Assembly (NCBI GenBank): GCA_035541195.1
Contig: DATKNU010000126.1
Coordinates: forward strand, 1-40,881
DNA: 40,881 bases
Source: a bacterium
GTDB taxonomy: Bacteria > Oederibacteriota > Muellerivitia > Muellerivitales > Muellerivitaceae
Reading direction: 5' to 3'
This document shows, piece after piece, positions 16,089 through 22,894 of the stretch. Position numbers and translations under genes: made by a program. A model generated the notes under the pieces. The model did not search any database and was not told the origin of the DNA. It worked only from the letters and a program-made list of their open reading frames with translations. Position 1 is the stretch's first letter; the number at the start of each line of letters is the position of its first letter.

Positions 16089-17507
16089 TTGGCGGTTGTT
16101 TTCGGAAAAGATACCTTCATCGTTTGCCGCAATAGCCAAGGCGCCGAAATCCGGGCGACATCCCTTCGGCTCACCCGCTACCTAGTGGTCTTTGAGGTTT
16201 ACAACCCCTATAGCATCCTCCAGTTGTCCGAAGTGCTCATCGATTTCAAAATTTTCATGAATGACAAGATGGCCTACTCGGGCCGGGCCGTGGTCTCCAA
16301 TTTGGTGAACACGGGCACGATCCTCATTTGTGAGGCTTCCCTGGAAGACGGCTGGGTGGACGTGGACATCTTCTCGTCCATGTTCACCCCGGGCATGATC
16401 CGCAACGAGTTCGGCGAGTTCCTCCGGGAATGGGACAAGATCCACCAGGTGACCAACGAGTACAAGGTCATTATCTCGGACATGCAGACCTTCCTCACGG
16501 ACTTGAGGGGATGGATGGACCAGGTGGAATTGGGCATTCGGTCCCAACCCTCCCGGGACAAATTGCAGATGGAACAGGAAGTCATCAAGGAACTCCAAGA
16601 ACCGGTTTCCCCGACCATCGGGGCGGTTTTCAAGAAGTTCGAGCAAATGTCCCGCCAAGTGCCCGAAGACCTTCAAATGATCCACCGGGCCTATGGCCGC
16701 CGCCAGATCCACCCCCTGGTGCTTTGTTCCCCCTTCGTCTACCGGGTTTTCCATAAGCCCCTGGGCTACGCGGGGGACTATGAGATGGTCAACATGATGA
16801 TCCGGGACCCCTTCGAGGGGGCTTCCCTTTTCGCCAAGGTGCTCAATTACCAATTCCTCATGCAGGCGCCTTGCGAGGCCCACCGTAACCGCATCCTTTA
16901 CCTGGTGGAACGGTTGCGCGAAGAAACGCTTCGAATGGTGCGCCAGGGCAAGCAGGCCAAGATCTTCAACCTGGGCTGTGGGCCGGCCTGGGAAGTGCAG
17001 CGTTTTTTGACCCAGGACGACCTGTGCGAGAAGGCCAGCCTGACCTTGATGGATTTCAACGACGAAACCCTGGAATACACCACCCGGGTCTTGAACGACC
17101 TGAAGATGAAACAGCGCGTCAACCCCGACATCCAAATGGTCAAGCGCTCGGTGAACCAGGTGCTCAAGGACGCCGCCAAGGAAAGCGCCTCGGGCACCCA
17201 GGGGCCCTATTACGACTTCCTCTATTGCGCCGGTCTTTTTGATTACCTGTCGGACCGCATCTGCAAGAAACTCCTCGATTATTTTTATTCCCACCTGGCC
17301 CCCGGCGGGCTGCTCGTGGCCACCAACGTGGACGCCTCCAACCCCATCCAATCCGTGATGGAATGTTTCCTGGAATGGCATTTGGTCTACCGTGACCAGG
17401 CCGGGTTCCTGGCGTTGAAACCCGACGCGGCCCCGGCGGAAAACTGCCGAGTCAGCGCGGACGCGACGGGCGTCAATATTTTCCTGGAAGTGCGCAAGCC
17501 CGAGTGA
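16089..17507 (+). CDS. Class I SAM-dependent methyltransferase with a ~100-aa N-terminal beta-rich domain; PhcB-like candidate signal synthase
   Basis: 472 aa with a TTG start and GGAG 6 nt upstream. Methyltransferase motifs: IFNLGCGPAWEV (motif I), LMDFNDETLEY (acidic motif II), YDFLYCAGLFDYLSD and LAPGGLLVATNV. It is followed by a membrane kinase and a REC-kinase-like gene, as in phcBSR. The family assignment comes from architecture and memory, not from a search. Confidence 0.6.
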   Translation: MAVVFGKDTFIVCRNSQGAEIRATSLRLTRYLVVFEVYNPYSILQLSEVLIDFKIFMNDKMAYSGRAVVSNLVNTGTILICEASLEDGWVDVDIFSSMFTPGMIRNEFGEFLREWDKIHQVTNEYKVIISDMQTFLTDLRGWMDQVELGIRSQPSRDKLQMEQEVIKELQEPVSPTIGAVFKKFEQMSRQVPEDLQMIHRAYGRRQIHPLVLCSPFVYRVFHKPLGYAGDYEMVNMMIRDPFEGASLFAKVLNYQFLMQAPCEAHRNRILYLVERLREETLRMVRQGKQAKIFNLGCGPAWEVQRFLTQDDLCEKASLTLMDFNDETLEYTTRVLNDLKMKQRVNPDIQMVKRSVNQVLKDAAKESASGTQGPYYDFLYCAGLFDYLSDRICKKLLDYFYSHLAPGGLLVATNVDASNPIQSVMECFLEWHLVYRDQAGFLALKPDAAPAENCRVSADATGVNIFLEVRKPE

Positions 17508-17532
17508 TTTTGAAGCCGCGAGGATAAGCCGG

Positions 17533-20181
17533 ATGCGAAAGACCGAACCGATCTTAAAAGGGCCCGAGATGTTGGCCGCCTTCCAAGCGGAGGACGCGCA
17601 AGTGCGCCTGTCCAACATCCGTATCGGCTGTTATTTCGTCATTTTCGGCATGCCGGGCGGCACGTCCCTGGATCAGCAGGTTTATCCCGCCATGGTGCCT
17701 TATTTCCTCAAAGTGCGCCTGATTTGCGGCTTCTTGGGCCTCGTGACCCTGGGGCTGCTTTACCTGCCCTTCGCGAAGAAACACCTGAGGCTCTTTGGCG
17801 TCATCCTGCCCCTGCTTCCCGTGGGTTGCATTTCCTGGATGATTTACTCGACCGAAGGCATCGCCTCGCCCTATTACGCCGGCATCCTGATGACCATTTT
17901 GGCCGTGGGGTTGGTTTGGTCCTGGACCTTCCTGGAAAACCTCACCACGGGGATCCTCAGCATCGGGACTTATTACCTGGCCTGCCGCCTGCACGGCCCG
18001 GCGGACATCGCGCACGGCATCGGCTACAACAATTTTTATTTCCTGGTGTTGGTGGATCTGCTGGTCATTTTGATGGGTTATTTCAACGAGCAGCTGCGCC
18101 TGCGGGAATTCGCCCTGCGGTTTGAGCTCAACCAGAACAAGCAAAAGCTCGAGGAATCCAACCGCAAGCTGGTGGAGCTGGACCAGATGAAGAGCCGGTT
18201 TTTCGCCAATATCAGCCACGAACTGCGCACGCCGCTGACGCTTCTCATCGGCCCCCTGGAAAGCCTCCAGCAAAATAAGGCCGCCTGGATGGATGAGGAA
18301 ACCAAGTCCACCCTCAAGATGATGCAGGGCAATTCCATGAGGCTGCTCAAGCTCATCAACGACTTGCTCGACTTGGTGAAGATGGAATCGGGGAGGATGG
18401 AGATCAAAAAAGAGCCCGTGGAAATGGAATCCTTCCTCAAGGGGTTGGTCCAATCCGTGACCCCCGCCGCCCAGGACAAGCGGGTGAAGCTTTCGCTCGT
18501 CACCCGGGACTTGGCCACGGTGCTTTTGGACCGGGACAAACTGGAGAAAATGGTGCTGAACCTCGCCTTCAACGCCATCAAGTTCACGCCCTCGGGCGGG
18601 AAGGTGGAGGTGAGCGCTTGGCGGGAAGGGCCGTCGATCGCCTTAAGGGTGAAGGACACGGGCGTGGGGATCTCGACCCAGAATCTTCCCTTCATCTTTG
18701 ACCGCTTTTGGCAGGCCGATTCCTCGGCCAACCGTAAATACCAGGGGACGGGCATCGGGTTGGCGTTGGTGAAGGAACTCGCGGAGGTCCAGGGCGGCCG
18801 GGTTTCGGTGGAAAGCCAACTGGGCCAGGGCACCACCATGACGGTCACTTTGCCCTATGAGGAAGCCTCGGTCCCGGTTGCGGCTTTGTCCCATGCCGCC
18901 GGGGCCGAGGAGCCCCCCGCCCCCGAGCCCGACGAGTGGCTCTCCAAGCTTTACCGCCGCGCGGAGCTTTTCCCCACCCTCACGGCCCTGCAGGATACGA
19001 TGCGCGCGGACTCCTACGCGCCGGGCCGCAAGCCCAAACTTTTGGTGGCCGACGACGAGCCGGACATGCTGGGCTTCCTCAAGATCCAGCTCCAGAAACA
19101 ATACGAGGTGGTGGAAGCCACCGACGGCCAGCAGGCTCTGGAAAAAGCCCGGCAATTTTTGCCCGACCTCATCTTGCTCGACATGATGATGCCCGAAAAG
19201 GACGGCATTGAGGTTTGTCGGGAACTCAAGAACCAAGTTTCCACCCAGGCCATCCCGATTATTTTGCTCACCGCCCGGGCGGACGACGAGACCAAGATGC
19301 GGGCGCTGGAGACCGGCGCCAGCGACTTTTTGTCCAAGCCCTTCTCCAGCACCGAATTGCACGTTCGGGTCAAGAATTTGGTCGAATCCCACCATTATCA
19401 ACGGGATTTGGCCCGGGAGAAAAATGCACTGGAATCGACCTTGGAGCAACTGAAGGAAACCGAGGGGCAGTTGGTGCAAAACGAGAAGATGGCGTCCCTG
19501 GGCCGTTTGTCGGCGGGCCTCATCCATGAAATCAATAATCCCCTTAACTATGCGGCCCAGGCCCTGTATGTTCTAAGGACAAAAAAAGATCAATTGCCCG
19601 AGGCGGAGCGCGCGGGCTACGCCGAAGTCTTGGCGGACATCGAGGACGGCATCCAGCGGGTGAAGCGCATCGTGACGGACCTGAGGACCTTCACCCATCC
19701 CCATATGGGCGGCGGCAAGGACTTGGTGGAGGTGCGCGCGGTGGTGGAGACCGCCGCGCGGTTCTTGAGCCACGATTTGAGGGATCCGGTGAAGCTGGAA
19801 ATGGACATCCCGGCGGACCAAACCATGCAGGCGGACCGCAATAAGATGGTGCAGGTTTTCATCAACCTGATCCAAAACGCCTGCGACGCCCTGAAGGACA
19901 AAAAATTCCCCGAGGGGGAAGGGCCCCGGATTTGGGTCGAGGCTCGGGAAGAAAAGCAAAGGGTCCTCATCCGGGTGCGGGACAACGGCACGGGCATCGA
20001 CCCCAAGATTTTGGACAAGATTTTCGACCCCTTCTTTACCACCAAGGACGTGGGCCAGGGCATGGGATTGGGGTTGAGCCTTTGTTTCAGGATCCTGCAG
20101 GAACAGGAAGGCCGTTTATCCGTGAAGAGTGAGTTGGGAAAGGGAGCCGAGTTTACGCTTGATCTGCCCGCGCGGGCCTGA
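17533..20181 (+). CDS. Membrane hybrid sensor kinase with tandem kinase cores (TM sensor - HisKA/HATPase - REC - HisKA/HATPase)
   Basis: 882 aa. The N-terminal ~190 aa carry about 5-6 TM segments and no large periplasmic loop. HK1: SRFFANISHELRTPLTLL, LNLAFNAIKFT, YQGTGIGLALVKELAEVQGG. REC: KLLVADDEPDMLGFLK, DLILLDMMMPEKDGIEVC, LSKPFSSTEL. HK2: MASLGRLSAGLIHEINNPLNYA, FINLIQNACDAL, DVGQGMGLGLSLCFRI. Confidence 0.9.
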   Translation: MRKTEPILKGPEMLAAFQAEDAQVRLSNIRIGCYFVIFGMPGGTSLDQQVYPAMVPYFLKVRLICGFLGLVTLGLLYLPFAKKHLRLFGVILPLLPVGCISWMIYSTEGIASPYYAGILMTILAVGLVWSWTFLENLTTGILSIGTYYLACRLHGPADIAHGIGYNNFYFLVLVDLLVILMGYFNEQLRLREFALRFELNQNKQKLEESNRKLVELDQMKSRFFANISHELRTPLTLLIGPLESLQQNKAAWMDEETKSTLKMMQGNSMRLLKLINDLLDLVKMESGRMEIKKEPVEMESFLKGLVQSVTPAAQDKRVKLSLVTRDLATVLLDRDKLEKMVLNLAFNAIKFTPSGGKVEVSAWREGPSIALRVKDTGVGISTQNLPFIFDRFWQADSSANRKYQGTGIGLALVKELAEVQGGRVSVESQLGQGTTMTVTLPYEEASVPVAALSHAAGAEEPPAPEPDEWLSKLYRRAELFPTLTALQDTMRADSYAPGRKPKLLVADDEPDMLGFLKIQLQKQYEVVEATDGQQALEKARQFLPDLILLDMMMPEKDGIEVCRELKNQVSTQAIPIILLTARADDETKMRALETGASDFLSKPFSSTELHVRVKNLVESHHYQRDLAREKNALESTLEQLKETEGQLVQNEKMASLGRLSAGLIHEINNPLNYAAQALYVLRTKKDQLPEAERAGYAEVLADIEDGIQRVKRIVTDLRTFTHPHMGGGKDLVEVRAVVETAARFLSHDLRDPVKLEMDIPADQTMQADRNKMVQVFINLIQNACDALKDKKFPEGEGPRIWVEAREEKQRVLIRVRDNGTGIDPKILDKIFDPFFTTKDVGQGMGLGLSLCFRILQEQEGRLSVKSELGKGAEFTLDLPARA

Positions 20182-20214
20182 GCAAGCCAACGTTTTGACG
20201 CCAAGGAGAAGTTC

Positions 20215-21477
20215 ATGGACGCTTTTTACGACTACAAAAAATACTACATTCTTTACGTGGACGACGAGGAGAAGTCCCTCAAGTATTTCCGGCAGACCTT
20301 CGGGGACAAGTTCCCGATCCTGACGGCGCCCAGCGCCGAGGAGGGCCTGAGGCTCTTGCGGGAAAACCTAGATAAAACCGCGGTGCTCATGACCGACCAG
20401 CGCATGCCCGGGGAAAAGGGGATCCAGTTTCTGGAGAAGGTCCGCCAGATCAACCCCCGGATCCTCCGGATCCTGGTCACGGCTTATTCGGACCTGGAAA
20501 CGGCCATCGAATCCGTCAACACGGGGGCCATCTATAAATACGTCACCAAGCCCTGGGACATTCCCCAATTGGAGAACACCCTTCGGCGCGGAATCGAGTT
20601 TTTCATCGTGCAAAGCGAGCGCGACCAGCTGCTGCGGGAAAAGATGTCGGTGCTGCACAACACCATGATGACCGACCGCATTTTGAGCTTGGGGATCTTG
20701 GCCACCGGCCTCAGCCACCATATCCGCAATTCCATGGTGGCGGTCAAGACCTTCCTGGATTTGGCGCCCAAGAAGCTCAAAGAGGAGAACATCGACCTGG
20801 AACAGCTGCGCAATCCCGACTTCTGGAAGGACTATTACAAGAAGGTCCAAACCCAGATGGACAAGGTGGCTTTTCTTTTGAGCGACCTTTGGGAAGCCTC
20901 CGAGAAACCCAAGTATGATTTTCCCGACGAGGTGAAGCTCCAAGAAGTGGTGGACCAGGCCCTGGCCAAGTCGCAAAGCGCCTTGACGGCCAAGAAAATC
21001 AAGGTGGAGAACAAGGTGCCGGCGGCGCTTCCCGCCCTGAAGGTGGATGGCGCCAAGTTCCACCGACTGTTTGAGCTCCTGCTCCAGGATGAGGCCGCGT
21101 CCTTGCCCGAGGGGGGCCAGGTCGAGATCTCGGCCCAGGTGCTGGGCCCTTCCCAGGGCCCGGCGGAAATCGAGGTCAAGCTCTCCGACAACGGGCCCGG
21201 CCTCTCGCCCGAGACCCTGCAATCGGTCTTTGATCCCTTTTTCGTGCGCAGCCAGAATCCCCAGGATTTCGGCCTGCACCTCATGACCTGCTTTTTCATC
21301 GTGTACCACCATGGGGGTAAGATCGAGGCTTCCAGCGAACCCGGCAAGGGCACCATCTTCACCTTGCGCATCCCGGTGAACCCGCTTTCCAACGGGTTGG
21401 TCCAGACCGAGCAGGATTTCCTGCACCGGATTTTGCTGAATGAAAACCTCTGGGAACGGCTCCTGGCGGAAAATTAA
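20215..21477 (+). CDS. Response-regulator receiver fused to a degenerate histidine-kinase-like domain (PhcR-like architecture)
   Basis: 420 aa with SD AAGGAGA. REC: ILYVDDEEKSLKYF, VLMTDQRMPGEKG, YKYVTKPWD. H-box-like GLSHHIRNSMVAV. G1/F boxes are present (SDNGPGLSPETLQSVFDPFF). The N-box Asn is missing (FELLLQDEAASL) and G2 is degenerate (DFGLHLMTCFF). Confidence 0.85.
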   Translation: MDAFYDYKKYYILYVDDEEKSLKYFRQTFGDKFPILTAPSAEEGLRLLRENLDKTAVLMTDQRMPGEKGIQFLEKVRQINPRILRILVTAYSDLETAIESVNTGAIYKYVTKPWDIPQLENTLRRGIEFFIVQSERDQLLREKMSVLHNTMMTDRILSLGILATGLSHHIRNSMVAVKTFLDLAPKKLKEENIDLEQLRNPDFWKDYYKKVQTQMDKVAFLLSDLWEASEKPKYDFPDEVKLQEVVDQALAKSQSALTAKKIKVENKVPAALPALKVDGAKFHRLFELLLQDEAASLPEGGQVEISAQVLGPSQGPAEIEVKLSDNGPGLSPETLQSVFDPFFVRSQNPQDFGLHLMTCFFIVYHHGGKIEASSEPGKGTIFTLRIPVNPLSNGLVQTEQDFLHRILLNENLWERLLAEN

Positions 21478-21489
21478 GGAGGAGGCGGC

Positions 21490-22830
21490 ATGGCCACGAT
21501 CACCTATCCGGAGGGGCCCAAGACCTCCTATCCGCTCCAGCACCTTTTGGCCCTGGCCAAGGATCCCATCGGCTTCATTTCCCGGCAATCCCAAGGGAAC
21601 CGGAAAATCATTTATTTCCCCATGGGCGGCCGCCCCACCTATATTTTGAACCATCCGGATTTGGTCCAGGAAGTCCTGGCCACCCAGCACCAAAACTTCA
21701 CCAAGGGCAGCGGGCTCATCCGCCTCAAGCAGATCCTGGGGGACGGCCTCATCACCAGCGAGGATCCCCTGCACCTGCGCCAACGCCGCCTGTCCCAGCC
21801 GGCCTTCCACCGCCAGCGCATCGCCGCCTACGGCGCCGTCATGTCGGACTACGCCTATCAAGCCCGGGAACGATGGAAAGAAGGCGAGACGATCGACATC
21901 GAACCCGAGACCGCCCGGATCACCATGGCCATCGTGGGCAAGACGCTGCTCAACGCGGACGTAGAAGGTGAGGCCCACGAGATCGCCGAGGCGGTGGACA
22001 CCATGCGCGAGCGGTTCCACATCGCGGTTTTCCCCGGCATGCAGCTGTTGGACAAACTGCCCCTGCCCCATAATTTCCGCTTCAACAAGGCCCGCCAGCG
22101 GCTCAATGACACCATTTACCGCATGATCGCCGAGCGCCGTACCTCGGGCGCGGACCGGGGGGACCTCTTGTCCATGCTGATCCTGGCCCGGGACACCGAG
22201 GGGGACCAAGGGGGCATGACGGACCTGCAGGTGCGGGACGAAGCCATGACCATCTTCCTGGCCGGTTACGAGACGATCACCAACACCCTGACCTGGACCT
22301 GGTACCTTTTGTCCCAGCATCCGGACATCGAGGCCAAGTTCCACGCCGAACTCGACGGGCTGAACGGCAAGGTCCCCGCCATGGAGGACCTGGCCCGGCT
22401 GCCTTATACCCAAAAGATCCTCACGGAAGCCATGCGGCTTTATCCGGCGGCTTGGATGATCGCCCGGGAACCCTTGGAAGAATGCCAAGTCGGGGGCTAC
22501 ACCATCCCCGCCAACTCCATCCTCTTCATGTGCCCCTACACGATCCACCGGCTCCCCGAATATTATCCTGACCCCGAGAAGTTCGATCCCGAGCGTTGGG
22601 AAGGCAAGGCCAAGGATTCCCGGCCGCGTTTCGCTTATTTCCCCTTTGGCGGCGGGCCCCGCCAATGCATCGGCGAGCCTTACGCCCTCATGGAAGGGGC
22701 GCTGATCCTGGCCACCATCGCCCAGAAATGGAAATTGCGCATGGTGGAAGGCCATCCGGTGACGATCCAAGCCAATGTCACCATTCGTCCCAAGTACGGC
22801 ATGCCCATGGTGCTTGAGAAGCGGGCATAA
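21490..22830 (+). CDS. Cytochrome P450 monooxygenase (CYP4/CYP102/CYP110-like heme loop)
   Basis: 446 aa with SD AAGGAGGAGG, starting 12 nt after the previous stop. I-helix FLAGYETITNTLTW, ExxR in KILTEAMRLYPAAW, PERF-like FDPERWEG, and Cys-heme loop YFPFGGGPRQCIGEPYALMEG. Confidence 0.93.
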   Translation: MATITYPEGPKTSYPLQHLLALAKDPIGFISRQSQGNRKIIYFPMGGRPTYILNHPDLVQEVLATQHQNFTKGSGLIRLKQILGDGLITSEDPLHLRQRRLSQPAFHRQRIAAYGAVMSDYAYQARERWKEGETIDIEPETARITMAIVGKTLLNADVEGEAHEIAEAVDTMRERFHIAVFPGMQLLDKLPLPHNFRFNKARQRLNDTIYRMIAERRTSGADRGDLLSMLILARDTEGDQGGMTDLQVRDEAMTIFLAGYETITNTLTWTWYLLSQHPDIEAKFHAELDGLNGKVPAMEDLARLPYTQKILTEAMRLYPAAWMIAREPLEECQVGGYTIPANSILFMCPYTIHRLPEYYPDPEKFDPERWEGKAKDSRPRFAYFPFGGGPRQCIGEPYALMEGALILATIAQKWKLRMVEGHPVTIQANVTIRPKYGMPMVLEKRA

Positions 22831-22864
22831 AAAAGCCCTCGGACCAAAAGGTCCAAGGGCTTTT
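22831..22864. terminator. Bidirectional intrinsic terminator between the P450 gene (+) and the HEAT-repeat gene (-)
   Basis: AAAAAGCCCTCGGACC, loop aaaa, GGTCCAAGGGCTTTT. The stem is 12 bp with one mismatch, with an A-run on the left and a T-run on the right. Confidence 0.8.
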
Positions 22865-22894
22865 GAGGCGGCTCGGCGAGGATCCCCGCCGGTT

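Noticed and set aside
16182-17618. 478-aa minus-strand ORF antisense to the methyltransferase. Similar cases are 5423-6754 (443 aa, antisense to the thioesterase and HD-GYP genes), 35024-35947 (antisense to the CDF gene) and 10542-11390 (antisense to purC)
   Set aside because: All are mirror-frame ORFs opposite motif-rich sense genes, with biased Gly/Arg/Pro/His composition. I treat them as non-coding.
20368-22770. 800-aa minus-strand ORF spanning the response-regulator gene, the 12-nt gap and the P450 gene
   Set aside because: The reasoning is the same. It crosses a gene boundary of two well-supported sense genes, is low-complexity (G/L/R/H/P/V rich), and contains no domain signature I can recognise.
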